A stretch of 64,000 nt of DNA, taken from NCBI RefSeq assembly GCF_009914755.1, contig NC_060945.1. The stretch is one strand, 5' to 3'. Below the pieces are notes generated by a model. That model was not told where the DNA came from, ran no database searches, and saw only the letters and a list, made by a program, of their open reading frames with translations. Shown one piece after another: positions 39,943 to 53,363 of the stretch; the stretch's first letter is position 1, and each line of letters starts with the position of its first letter. The stretch comes from the human T2T-CHM13v2.0 reference genome, Homo sapiens. The translations under genes and the position numbers were made by a program.

Positions 39943-40672
39943 TTATAAATTGTAAACATGTTCTGTTTTAATAATATAATATATACCCCATAAAATGTAC
40001 AATGTGCACATTATTAAATGACAGAAGGATGGGGAATGAGTTAATATAAATAAAATGTTTAATGGTTTCTGTACCTCCACACTCTGAAGACCTCTGGTCT
40101 GGGAACACTTGGGGGGCTGGAGCACTAACTATTGTGGGGCAGGTGGACTGGGCTAGAGGTGATAAGAAGTGTTAATTCAGAATGTATTTTGAAGGTAGAA
40201 TTCAAAAGGTTTGCTGATGAATTGGATGTTGGTATAAAAGCAAGAGAGGAGTCAAGGATGAATCCTATGTTTCTGGCCATTGCCTGAGATGGGAAGGATC
40301 AGGCTGCACTGGGGATCACGAGTCTATGGTCCACACTGGCACGTTACAGACCCTGAAATCCAAGTCAGTAGCAGGTTTTCCCCCCAAAGATCCCTTCCAT
40401 TCCAGGGATGGAGCTTCCCAGGGACACAGCAGAGGACACGTGTCCCTCAAGAGGGCAGGATTGTTTGTCAAGGAAAAAAATAACTTCTCTCCCACTGAAA
40501 TTGAACTCATAAGAAAGTTGTGTAATTTTAAATTCCAGCTCTTCCATAAACATTCCTCAAACTCTTCCCACCACTTCCAAACTGTGCTAGCAACAGCTTT
40601 AGTGCATCTGGACGTTTCCCAATCTGGGCTCTTCAGAGTATCCAGTGTACGAGTTAATACCTATCCTGTGGC

Positions 40673-41115
40673 AGAGGAGGAGGAGAAGAAAGAAGGAGAA
40701 GGAGAAGCTGGAAAGTGAGGAAGAAGGAAGAAAAGGAAAAAGAAAGAAAGATGGAAAGAAGGAAGGAAGGAGGGAAGGAAGGAAGGAGAAAGAAAGAAAG
40801 AAAGAGAAAAGAAAGAAAGAGGGAGGGAAAGAAAGAAAGGAAGGAAGGAAAAGAAAAGAAAAGAAAGAGAGAGAGAAAGGGAGGAAGGGAGGAAGGAAGG
40901 AAGGAGAAGAAGTGAGAGGAAAGGAGAAGAAGGAAGACAGGAAAGGAGGAATAGAGAAACAGAAAGAAGGAGGAAAAGGAGGAGGAGAGAAAGACGGAGC
41001 AGAAGAGAGAAAGATAGGAAAAAGAAGAAGGGGAAGAAGAGAATGAAAGAGAAGAAGTCTAAGAGGAAGGGGAGGAAGGGAGGGCAGAAGAAGGGAAGAT
41101 GGAGGAGCAGGAGGA
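40673..41115. repeat. GA-rich polypurine low-complexity tract, about 440 bp
   Basis: Mix of gaag/gaaa/ggaa units with very few pyrimidines. Confidence 0.95.
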
Positions 41116-41344
41116 TTCTCATGACCAAGTTTGGAAAATGCTGCAATAAACAACATGCACATGATGAACATCTTTCCTTACTGTGGGACTCCTCAGAGCC
41201 TTTAATATGCTATTGCACAATATGACTCTCTAACCAGGATGCAGAGTACGTAGCCATTCCCTGACTTATTGGCTCTGAATGCTTATTAATAGCTCATGAG
41301 TAATTTTGTTCTGCTGAACAATTCAGGAGACATTGCTGTAGACC

Positions 41345-42006
41345 CCAGGTCAACAACTATAGCCCAAAGGCTAACGTCAGCCTGCCATTTGTTTTTGTAT
41401 TGCCAGAAAGCTAAGGATACTTGCAACATTTTTAAATGGTTGGAAAAATTTAAAAAGAAAAACAAAACTTCATGACAGATGAAAATTATATAAAGTTCAG
41501 ATTTCAGTGTCCCTTTATTTTTATTGGAATACCGTCTTCGTCAGCTCAGGCTAATATAACAGAATACCATCAGCTGGGTGACTTAAACAACAAATATTTA
41601 TTTCTTACAGTTCTAGAGGTTGGAAATTTGAGTCTAGGGTGCCAGCATGGCTGGGGTTCTGGTGAGGGCTCACTTCCTGGTTTGCAGGTGGCTGCCTTCT
41701 TGCTGTGACGAAAAGGAGAGCTCTGGTCTCTTCATCTTCTTACAAAGTCACTAATCCCACCATGGGGGGCTCCACCCGCATGATCTCATCTAAACCTAAT
41801 TACCTCTCAAAGGGCTTCAATACATGGATTTGAGGGAGACACACTGAGTCCACAGCAACAGCCATGCTCATTCACTTACCTATCATCTGTGGTTGCTTTT
41901 GAGCTACAACAGCAGAGTTGAGTAGCTTGCAGCAGAGACCATTTGTCCCTCAAAGCCTAAAATATTTACAATCTGGCTCTTTACAGAAAAGGTCTGCCGA
42001 CCCCTG
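41345..42006 (-). mobile_element. MER58B interrupted by an MLT1A-type LTR
   Basis: Left part ...tttttaaatggttggaaaaa...ttcagtgtcc...ttattggaa; right part ...aagcctaaaatatttac...ctgccgacccctg. Confidence 0.8.
41533..41857 (-). mobile_element. MLT1A/MLT1A0-like LTR
   Basis: ctgggtgacttaaacaaca...ttctagaggttggaa...ggttctggtgagggc...aacctaattacctctcaaagg. Confidence 0.8.
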
Positions 42007-45000
42007 CTCTTAGACTTCCCACACAACGTAGCATTAAAATATGCATTGTCATTCTGTATTTCTTCACTGTTAACTCTTATTTCCTCAGCTCTATTCACTA
42101 CTCTGCAAGCAGGAACCATGCCCTATAATTTTCTGTTTCTGGCAGAATCTGGCACAGTGCTGAGCACAAGGACAGTGCTCGAATATCTCTGTAGTGGCCT
42201 TCTTGCCAAGCATCAGGTATTTATTGGGAGGTGACACTTTTCAAAGAAGGTCATTGGGAGGCACGTGGAGAATGGTAGCTTTGAGAAAATATCTCCTGGG
42301 GAGACAAAGCCACTCTGTGTTACTTAGGACAAGCAAGGACGGGTCTGCTGCATGGGAAAAAAAAAAAAAACAGCATTGAGTGAACACTGGCTTTTATGTA
42401 TACAGTGTCTTGATCATTTTTCTTTTAGGAAAGAAATTTAAACTACACGATTGAATTACATGGTATATTAGCTTCAGAGCATTCAACGCTGTCAGCTGGG
42501 AATAATAGTAATACCCCAGTCTGTGGTTGTTTTGAAAGTTGAGTGGAGGAATGGAACAAGATAATATAAATAAAAACTGCTTTGTCAGTGGTTAAGGTGC
42601 TATATCAGCAAGTTATGCACACCCTTCTGGTCAGGCCCGTCCTAGCATTGGTGAGGCCCAAGGCATGTATAAAAATGGAGGCCCACAAACCACACGGCTA
42701 AACACTGAAAAGTAATAAATCAAGTTAACAAGCTGTTCAGTTGTGTTCTAGCCGCCTGCTTGATAAATATGCCTTATAACAACCTGGAAAACCTGGTTTG
42801 AATTTGGAGGTCTTGGGCTCCCAAGACAGTGCTGGAATATGGTGGTCTGGGAGGAAGTGGCTCTGTCCACTAGCTGGCATCCCACCCCCTCCTTTCTCCC
42901 TTTCTTTTTCCCCTGCCCAGTTCTGTCTCACCTCCTAAGAAATAGGCACCTGTGGTTGTGCAGCTCACATGGCCAAACTCCAAACACTCTCCACACACAC
43001 AGCCATCTCCACTTCATTGCCACCCTTTGGCCACTCCTTGGCTACCCCTTGGGCCTAACAGTACACAACCAGCTGCAGGTTTGCTCTTGGGAGGGATCCT
43101 GGGAAGAAGCTGACTTTGGACCATTTGAGTGGGAATTCCAGAGTCCCAGGTGCCAGAAGCATGGTCTAGAAGGGAAGTGAGGGTGGGGTATGTCCTCTGA
43201 GCCCCACAGGCTCCTGGCCCCATGGTAGGACAAGGTGAGGCCCTTCTTGTCCAGGCCTCAGGACAGGACTGATTCTGACCTGAAGCTCAGTTATCTCACT
43301 AATAATCACTACAGTGACAGCAGCAACCGTGTGTCGAGTGCTCCTGCGTGCCAGCCACTCTTCTACGTGCCTCGCACTTACTTTACTTAATAACAAAGTC
43401 TTCCTCAACTGGGGCTGTCAAGTGGGAATCTGTTTGCATCTTGGCACGACTGTCACATGAAAGCCAGTTCTCACTGAGGAGGAGGATTTTCTAAGTTCCT
43501 TAGCACACGGGGAGCAAGCAGAGAAGCACCAGCTCAGCGAGGCTCTTCCCTGGGGTAGGAGGACTTCCTCCCACGGGAACGGCCCAGCCGCAGGTAGGAC
43601 GCCAGAAGGTCAAAGGATGTTAGAAACCCAAGCCTCTGCCTTGGCTGATCCAGGGGATCCGAGACAGAAGAATGGAGAGCAGGAGCAAGTGAAAACCTGA
43701 CCCCCTGCAGCCCACACCTCGATGGTTGGAGCACAGAGCTTTTAACCATATCCAGAAAGATACCTGAGAGCCCTGGAGCATCGGGGCCTGTAGCCTGCTC
43801 TCCCGGGCATAGAGTAGAGGAAATTGCAAGCCCCAGGGAGAGCCCCAGCCTTCAGCTCAGAAAAGGCGGAAGAGGAAGAGGAAGGCACCTAGGAGATGTG
43901 AACCTGGGCGAACCTGAGGAAGAATCCGCCTTGGCCTGTGTACAGCATGCAGGGAGTCAAGTCAAGGGGGTGTGGATTGGGTGAGCGTGGTGGGCGGGCT
44001 GGAAGAAACCTGGGTAGTGGCAGTGATATCTAGAAAAGTTTTCTTCCCTGATAAAGACAGGCATGTGAGGAGAGATAGGTCTGACTCTAAACCGGCTGAG
44101 TGTGGAGGTGATGGATGGAGCAGCAGCAGCCTTCTTTCAACCAGCAGAAGATAGGCCTAGGAAGCACCCATCCCACAGAGGTGGCCAAGCAGAAAGAGGG
44201 AAGGCAGCCTGATGCTGGAAGACGCCTCTGAACCCCTGAACCCCAGAAAGGCTGCCTCTATGCTTTAAAATGTGGTTTCTTGCTACTTAAGTCTTTTTTC
44301 CTGGGACTCTTCCTGGCTCTCAGTCCAAAGCTTCCAAATGAAAATGAACCTTTTCCTGCTCCTATGTGGAGAGTTTCTTTTCTGCGAAGGGACTCCACGT
44401 CCTTGCCTTTCCTGGAGAAGGCAGTGGGAAGGCAAGCAGGTCGCCAACACCCACCACTGCGCCCTGGGAGAAGTCATTTCTGCAGGGACAGTTCTGAATG
44501 AGAACAAATACTTGAGAGTATTTAAGGAAATAAAGGACATCTGGTTACACAGCGGCTTTGACGGAGGCAGCAAGAGATGGGTGGTGAAGAAACGAAGAGG
44601 ATGAAGGTGGGGCCGCCCACGGGGACCCAGCCCCAGGGGCGAGTGCTGTTGATGGTGTGGTTTTCCTTCAGAATCCTGGCACCAAGGTGCTGCGGAGGCC
44701 GAAGCAAGTACAGCAAGCTCTGAGCCTTGGGGTTCCATCTGCGTTGAACTGGTGCCGTCTACAGCACGTGAGTAAATACAACATAACAAAAAGAAAAGGT
44801 TTTTCTCAGAGCCTATGAATATGGAACTACTAATTTGAGTCCAGGCCATCAATCCCAATCTAGTGACCCAACAGCCATGGGGTGTGTATGCACAAAACCA
44901 CTTGGATGAGAAACAGGATGGAGGAGGGAAGCCACTAATAAATGCCTCCTCGGGCGCCCGCTCCAGCCGCGCACTGTCTCATAGCCCACCCTGTCCACTG

Positions 45001-47584
45001 AGGCACAACCCCACTCGTGGCCTTCCCCCAACTGAGGCTTCAGGGGGCTCTTGGGGGCTGTCTTGGCTCATATCGGGCCCAAGTCTGGTCAAAAGTCCAA
45101 TCTCTACCTCTTGGCATGAGCTGGTTCCTTCCTCAGCTCCTCCTACCCCTGCCCCCACCAGGTACCACCTTCCATAGATTCTTCTGTTCCCACAGGTGTG
45201 CAAGGTAGCGGGGAGACCTGTGTCTGCCCAACAAGGCCCGGGCTCCAGGGGCCCTAACCAGGTGTGGGCTGAGAACGGGAGCTCCCCAAGGGCGGGCCGC
45301 GCTCCTCATCCTCTCGCTAAGCCCTTGCTGAATGAGTGAAGGAGGGGCTTTGGAAGCCCAGGTCTGCAGAGTCGAGAGAGAACCTCTCCGCTCCCTTGCG
45401 TCCTCAAACTCTGCCCTCTACTTCCTGGGTACAGGCCAGACTTCATCTCCCAGCCTCCCTGGCAGATGAGGGCAGGCTCCTCTTGATGGAATGGGGTGAA
45501 AGCAAGGAAGCCATATCCATGCTGGCCCATAAGAAGCTGCTACAGAACCCTTCCTCCTCCCTTCCTCCACCACCCAGCAGGAAGCAAGGGAGCCCGGGGC
45601 GCCACGGTGGACCACAGGATGAATGACACAGGCCCCTGGGTCCCTGAGCCGCTCTCTCAGTTCCGCCTCTCAGCATGAAAGATCCCAAATGTGGGAACTA
45701 TGTGTTCTAGCAGCTGGCATCGCCTTCACCAACTCAGGGTTTAGGACAATATTGTTTGTGCCCCAATGTCTAACAACACTTTTCGTTAAATAATCATCAT
45801 CACAGCTGATATTTACCGAGACCTTCGAGTTCCAGCCACTAGCCAAGTGCTTTGTCAGGATCTGATTTTTTAGAGCTCATGACCACCCCTGGGATGCAGG
45901 TGTGTGGTGTGGGGATCGTTGCAGCCTCCCCACATCCATTCCATTCCTTCCCAAGCGCTGCATTCTGATTAGGATGAGGTTGGCCCTATCCTTAGCACCA
46001 AAGATGGACCCCGACTGTGTCCAGGGTGGACAGTGTGTGTCCTAAGTCAGTCTCAAGAGCTCAAGAGCTCTGTTTCAGATGGAGGAGGAAACACCACCTC
46101 TCTCCCCAAATATTAATAGGAAGATGTGAAGCCTGGATGCCCTTGGACATCCTCTTGCAACCAGGAGGGAAGCCAGCCTGAGCCAATTCATCCAACAAAG
46201 CCAATTCATGATGTAGGACAAGGCAGAGGCAAAAGAACCACAGAGAAACAGAACCAGAGCCTGGTGCAGTTATACCTCAAGCTCAGCTTGGCAGAAGCAG
46301 TTAGTACTCATGAAATATTCCATGTGCTTGCCACGTGCCTTGAGCCACTAGGGCTGCCATACTGAAGTGCCCCAGATGCGGTAGGTTATTGTCTCAGCTC
46401 TGGAGGCTGGATGTCCTTGCAGTTAAATTGGAGCCATATGTCTAGGTCTGGCCACTAAATTGTAAATGACAGTGGTATGTGTCACTTCTTGGCTAAGGCA
46501 GGTAAGAGCCAGTGTGCTTTCCTCTCTCCTGATCCCATGATGCTCTTAGTAGCCAGGTGCCGAGATGGGGAAAACAAGAGGGCAGGAACGTGGATCTCTG
46601 CATCAGGAATGGAGGAGGGGCCCAGCTAGCGGCACTGAATTGTCGGTGAGCAAGAGGTGTACATCGTGGCGTTATGCCTCCATGCTTCTGGTGCTCACAA
46701 TGCTGATTAATACATCTACTGTTCTTCTAAAATCAGGACTCCTAAATTGCCAAGACCAGTAAAATCCCGTGATTGTTGAAGCCAGATGAAATCAGGTTTT
46801 TTGTTAGTTGCAGCTGAAAGCAACCTAACTCATACAGTATTGTCACTTCTTTAAAATGTAGAAACTAGGGCTTAGTGAAATAGAGTGACTTGCTCAAGGT
46901 CACACAGCTAATATGTGACAAAACTGAGCTTCCATAATAATGCCAGGAGTTCACAGTGTGCGGTCCCCATACTATCTCCCTCACAATCATTTGGGATACA
47001 TGTTTAAAAAGTAGATTAACTGGCCCCATGAATACTGATCAGTCCATCTCTGGATAAGGGGCCCAGGACTATGGATTCTCATGAGCTCTCTGGTGGCTGC
47101 TGTCCGTTCAAAGTTGAGAAGCTCTGGTCTAAACTGAGACCTCTTCAGGAGGTACGGTGTCACATGTCCCATGTGTGGGGAACTGGTGAAAATAAATCCA
47201 TTTGAAGTACAAACATGTTTCAGTTGGCCACTCTCCATGCTACAGTGTGTTTGCCAGTGTTTATAAACACAGTTGAGAAAAAGTCATCAAACTTCATAGC
47301 CCATGGTCGTTGACATAAACAAAGATACTCTCCACTGAGTTTTACTTTTAACTTTGCCATTAAGATGGCAGCGATCTTAGTTGCAAGAACTAATTGCAGA
47401 TTTCATGCTGAATTTTTTTCTCATATCCCCAAAATTACAAATTCTGTGTTGAACCAGAAATCATTCATTCAGAAAACATCCTACGTATTATACAAGGATA
47501 CGGAAGAAAAAATGCATTGCCCAAGAAAACGTGCCTGTGGGTGTCTGGCCCATGGATCATGATCAAGGAAGATGTAGACTGCAA

Positions 47585-47896
47585 TTGTGATACACAGCCA
47601 GTGCACTACTGTGATACATAGCCAGTGCACTATGGCAGTACATAGCCAGTGCACTACTGTGATACATAGCCAGTGCACTATGGCAATACATAGCCAGTGC
47701 ACTACTGTGATACATAGCCAGTGCACTATGGCAATACACCACCAGTGCACTACTGTGATACATAGCCAGTGCACTATGGCAATACATAGCCAGTGCACTA
47801 CTGTGATACACAGCCAGTGCACTATGGCAATACACCGCCAGTGCACTATTATAATGCACAACTAATGCATTATTGCAATACACAACTGGTGCCGCC
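47585..47896. repeat. 24-bp minisatellite with alternating variants (48/96-bp higher-order structure)
   Basis: 11 good units at 47585-47848 (A = ctgtgatacatagccagtgcacta, B = tggcaatacatagccagtgcacta) plus 2 degenerate units. Confidence 0.95.
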
Positions 47897-47929
47897 TCAA
47901 GGATTGACAATGTACATTAACCTAGAGGC

Positions 47930-48560
47930 ACAAACCATCCGTGAAATTTAAAAATAAGTAAACTATCACGTCTAGGAATAAATCTAATAAAAGATGTGTA
48001 AAACCTCCTCAACTCATAAACATTGCTGAGAAAAATCAAAGAAGACTTAAATAGAGAGAGATGACATATACATAAAAAAAACTATTAAGAGAAACAAAAG
48101 GCAAGCCACAAACTGGAAGATTTTGAAATTCATATATCCAAGAAAGGACATATTCAGAAAATGTAAAGCTATCTTGCAAACAAATAAGAAAAGGATGTAA
48201 AACCCAATTGCAAAAATAGCCAACATCAACAGGTAAAATTTTTAGTTACACAAGATGAATATGTTCTGGAGACCTGCTATACAGCATAGCACCTAGAGTT
48301 AACAATACTGTATTGCACACGTTACAATATATTAAAAGGACAGACCTCAGGTTAAGTGTTAACACACACACACACACATGCACACACAACACCACAGAGA
48401 GATTTCTGGAGGTGATGGATATGCTTAGTACCTTGATTGTGGTGATGATATCCTGCGTACATGCATTTGTCCAAACTCATCCAAATGTACACATTATATG
48501 CAATTTTTGTATATCAATTATATATCAATAAAGCTTTTCAAAATGGGCTAAAAATGGGCA
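47930..48560 (+). mobile_element. old L1M fragments including an L1MA9/10-like 3' end
   Basis: ctaggaataaatctaataaaagatgtg (ORF2-like); gttctggagacctgctatacagcatag...ggaggtgatggatatg...caataaagct. Confidence 0.7.
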
Positions 48561-49682
48561 AAAAAATAAAGATAATATATTGATACAGTCAACTGTTCTT
48601 ACCATCCACATCTCAGACTTTCCGGGAAGGCAGATGGGGTAGTGGAAGAAACAGTAACGCTGATTCATTTCATCTTGGGCCTCTCTTGATTTGCTGCCCA
48701 AACAATACATGCTGGACTTGCAAGCTGTACCAGAAAGCCTGGAAAGGGAGGGAAAAAAAGAAACACCCTTGGACAAAACCTCAGCAGCCAAGTTGAGACT
48801 CTGAGCCATATGCATGTCTTTGTGTGGGTTGAAATCTATTTTCTCTGGGTTCGATGGATTATTATAACACCCAAAGTTTTCCAAAAAACGTCAGACAAGG
48901 TTACCACAGCAATTAAGCTGTCTGCCATCTGCAAGAGGCTTGGCTTAAGGTTTACTGAAGTTAAACATGTTTTGAAAAGAAAAAATTAAGGCTGTCGATG
49001 TTTTGCCTATCAGTCAAGCTCAGCAACATTAGGCCTTGGAGACTCTTCAGGGAGAGTCGTTCTCCCTCAAGGAATAGTTTAGCATTGGCATGCTGAAATT
49101 TCAGAACCCAAGGAACATTTCAAAAATAAATTATGCCTTGAGAAACACTGCACCTAATCTTGGAACTGGCAGAGTAAAAACTTTGCTAAGACATTCAGCC
49201 AAGCAATTGAGATTAACACTCTTTATCGCCTTCCCAAATGGCAAGTTATTTAAAAAAAAAAAAAAAAAACAGACCTGAATGTTAACTGAATTTCACATTC
49301 TTACTCCACAGTTTCTTTAAAGCAAATAAGTGTCTAAAATGATGACAGTAAAACTTATGGTTTAAAATTCTGAGGAGTGTCTGCAAAGTCTTATATTTTT
49401 CTCAGCCAGATTTTCTGGCTGAACCAAAGCTTTCCTGAGAAAAGGAGGAGAAGGAGGATGGGTTCCATGTGCCTGGAAACATTATCATTCTTTCCAGTTG
49501 CCCATCTTTAGCCCAGGGTTACTTTTTATTCTTTCTTGAGAAAAAAATATTCCAGGAACCAAAAAAAACAAAAACAAACACAAAAAAACATAGTTAAATT
49601 TTATCCTCTGAACAACGGGCAGTGGGGAGTCAATGTCATTTTTCTCCGGGAATGAATGACAGGAGGTTTTCTCATCTTAAAG

Positions 49683-49871
49683 CAGTGCTGTGCTGGCAAA
49701 CCAGCTCTCTGGGAGGAAAAACAAAATCTTCATTTGTAGCATTTGCCAATTTCCAAAGTGTAAATAATCCCACCATGGCTAATTTGAAGTTCTCAGTCAT
49801 TTAACAACCAGATCTCAAAATTTCCAAATATTCAACAATCCTTTCTCAGAAACTAGCTTCAACTTACCACT
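49683..49871 (+). mobile_element. MER63-like hAT-Blackjack element
   Basis: cagtgctgtgctgg start; atttgtagcatttgccaatttcc...gtaaataatcccaccatggc. Confidence 0.65.
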
Positions 49872-50313
49872 CTCTTGAAGCAAATTATTATTATTGCCCA
49901 TGACATGTTTTATTTATCCAATATATAAAAATAACTTTACCTGGCATTGGAATGCAAGAGAAAAGACAAATGACAGAAAGGGGCTCTGCCATTCAGAATC
50001 CTACAATTGAACAGGCAGGGAAAATACACAGTAAAGGCCTCTGAGAACACAGCTGCATATACTACATCTGTTTGGAGAATTCTCCTCTCTTCTGGGCACA
50101 GCCTCTTAAGACAGCCCAGATAATGCCAGGCATTGAAATGGCACTGTGATAGTGGAGGGGGTCAAGCGTTAGTATGGACAGAGGTAATGTGGATGGACAG
50201 GAAGGTTCTTATACATCTATAAGAATGTCACTTGGAATAAGAGTTAGGAGTTACTTTTTTTTGCTCCAAAGCTAACAACTAGGTCTGCCGGATATAAGAC
50301 ATAAGGAAGCTGA

Positions 50314-50727
<414 letters not shown>

Positions 50728-52959
50728 TGATACTATTTCTTACATATCCTTTTGTCCAATTCTCACAATGACCTCATGGTACAGGTACTGGCCACTCCTT
50801 TATAGTGAAGAAACTGAGGCACAGGGAAGGCAAAAAACTAACTTCTCTGAGGTCTTCTACAGCAGGAGCAGGACTCAAACTAGGTCTCCTCATTCAGGTA
50901 GGATTTTTTCCCTCTCTCAAAATGATTCAGAATATGCCCTGAATTTCAGCGTGTTCCTTGAAAGAGGAACGCCTGGTTACGGAAACTGAAGTGCATTCTG
51001 CCAGTAGCACCCGGGCCAGGCACTGCACTGGGGGATTGAACTGGACACAGGAAACCACTCTGTGCTACTTTAGGTTTCTAGATAAGGGCCCGGTGTAAAT
51101 AAAAGAGTGTTCTCCTGAAGATGGTCATATTGACCTGGCTAATTTCTGAGAGGGACATTAAGAGTCAGTAAGGGACGTGTATAAACCACCTTGGACGCAC
51201 TATGATAGGCACAAGAAGGAACAGATGAGTCTACCAGAGATGGCTTGGAACAAGTTTATCCCACTCCTAGGAAAATGTCATGGCAAATACTCTGTATATT
51301 CAGCTAAAATTCATCAAAAATGAAAGTCATTGACAAAGATCTTAGAACACAGCTCTCAGGGGAACAATGATTTCTTCTGTAGGGGATCATTAAGGGTCAT
51401 TGCAGATTCAAGAAGTTTCCAGAATAAGGCAAACATTCCTTCAACACAGACAGGGTCCATCACAGACCACTCAGCCACCTGCATCCCAAGCTTTGCACAT
51501 AACCCAGGACACAGTGAGACCAGACGCTGGGCTTGGACATTGAATGCACTGAATGCATTCTCATGAGTCACTATTGCTTCATAGATATAAATTGCCCTCT
51601 GCAGACCATAAGACCTGAACACGAGAAGACTGTTCAGGTAGTGTTTTTTAGCTGCCAAAGGCACCCCCAGGAGGGATAACAGAGCAGATGTCAGATGCCC
51701 CCACGAGTGAACCCTGAACCCAAGACGCACCAGGCCAGCTCAGCCATGTGGTCATTTCCACAGGTCTCTCCTCCCCTCCCCACACTGCCGACCCCCCTGT
51801 GTGTGCTGGGAGGCACAGCCCCCCTTGGGAGGTTGACATTCCAAGTCAGTGAGTACCACAGCCAAGCTTGCCAACCTCAGCACAGCCCCCTGCCAGGGAA
51901 CTGTCATTCTAAACACCATGCTTGGGATGGGACCTCCTGCTGGGGCCTGCCCCTGTGCTCCACCCACAGCCTGTGAGGTAGTGTTTCTACCCAAGGGTTG
52001 AGTGTTCAATGAGTGTCTTGTCCTTTCAACAATAGCAGACGTGTTACCCTGCAGCTTGGGGAGCTCTGGGCCCTTCGTGAGTGGAAAATGAAACCTCACT
52101 GTGAAGGTATTGAATGGCCTCCAAATAACACGGCAGGACCAGCCCAGAAAGCCAGAGTGTTTTCTGTGCACACGTCGTGTGACCCACAACCAGCTCCCAG
52201 GGGAAGTGAGAAACCCATACCACACTTTGCCCCGGAATGATGTTTTCCATCTCTCTGGTTTTGGGCATCTGGAGATGATCCCTCTGGTGCCTTGCTCGCT
52301 GAGGACAGTGCAGCAGGAATGAGCCACCCATGCAGGCCAATATGCCATCAATCAACGTCAATATTATTCCTAAGTCTCCACCCCCACCAGGAGTGGTGCC
52401 TTCCAGCCCCTGCGGAGGCAGCAGAGCTGTCAGAACATTGTCAGGCTTTGTGGGGAGTTGTGGCAGCTTTCTACAAGCCTTACCCCAACCCTGGACTCCA
52501 GCAGGGCTGCACCGCATGTTTCCTGAGGATGTCTCAGAAGAGTTCAGTGCCTCTCCTGCAAGGAGCTTGACCTGGGCTCAAGATGCTGCGACCTCAACCC
52601 TCCAGGTCCAGGCTCAACAGCCCAGCACTGGAGCTGACTGTGGATTTTTCATGCATAGCACAGCTTCACGAGGACCTCTGGGCCCCTCACGCACAACAGC
52701 CCACCCAGGGTCTTTCCTGCTCCCAACTCTCTTGGAGGCCCATGCCAAAGACAAGGGCTGGGGATGAAGGACAGAGGCCAGGAGCGCCTCCCCACCACAC
52801 ACCACATTAGGCCTAATGGAATCTCCTCCTCCTTCTCCAAGTTATCTTCTCTTCCATGCAGCTTTTCCCAGTCCCCAGAGTCACTGGTCCTTGGGCCACT
52901 GCATACTTCCAGTGCAATTATGCATTTATTGCATTTGACTTTTTTTAGTAGTTACTGGT

Positions 52960-53363
52960 TGCAATGGTTGATTTTATATGTCAACTTGGCTAGGCCGTGG
53001 TGACCAGTTGTTAGGTCAAACACCAGTCTAGACGTTACTGTGAAGATAAGTTTTAGATGGGATTAACATTTAAGTCAACAGGCTTTGAGTAAAGCAAATT
53101 ACCCTCCATAATGAGAGTGGGCCTCATTCAATCCATTGAAGGTCATAAGAGAAAAGATGGAGGTCCCTGGAGGAAGACGGAATTCTGCCAGGCAATCATC
53201 TTCAGACATCAACTCTTCCCTGGCTCTCCAGCCAATGGGCCTGCCCTGAAGATTTCAGACTTGCCAGCTCTCATAATTGCATGATCCAATTCGTTAAAAG
53301 AGAGAGAGAGAGAAAGGAGAGAGATATCCTATTTGTTCTGTTTCTCTGGAACACCCTAATATG
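52960..53363 (+). mobile_element. MLT2 (ERVL; MLT2C/D-like) solo LTR
   Basis: Starts tgcaatggttgattttatatgtcaacttggc; 5-bp TSD ctggt at 52955-52959 and 53364-53368. Confidence 0.88.

Noticed and set aside
40599-41171. K/E/R-rich and F/S/L-rich ORFs
   Set aside because: These are translations of the polypurine tract, which has almost no stop codons.
44283-44858. 191-aa minus-strand ORF
   Set aside because: No recognisable homology or clear exon structure; ORFs of this length arise by chance in GC-richer unique DNA.
47585-47848. CRISPR-like look: a constant palindromic core separated by short variable segments
   Set aside because: The variable parts are only 5-6 bp and alternate between two types rather than being unique spacers. 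There are no cas genes and the context is primate, so this is a minisatellite.
47481-47910. His/Cys-rich repetitive ORFs (IHSQCTTV..., VHWLCI...)
   Set aside because: They are a by-product of a 24-bp unit that lacks stops in several frames on both strands. There is no other sign of coding.
51752-52767. Cluster of 145-199-aa overlapping ORFs
   Set aside because: They occur on both strands with no protein-family signal, so coding is not supportable without conservation data.
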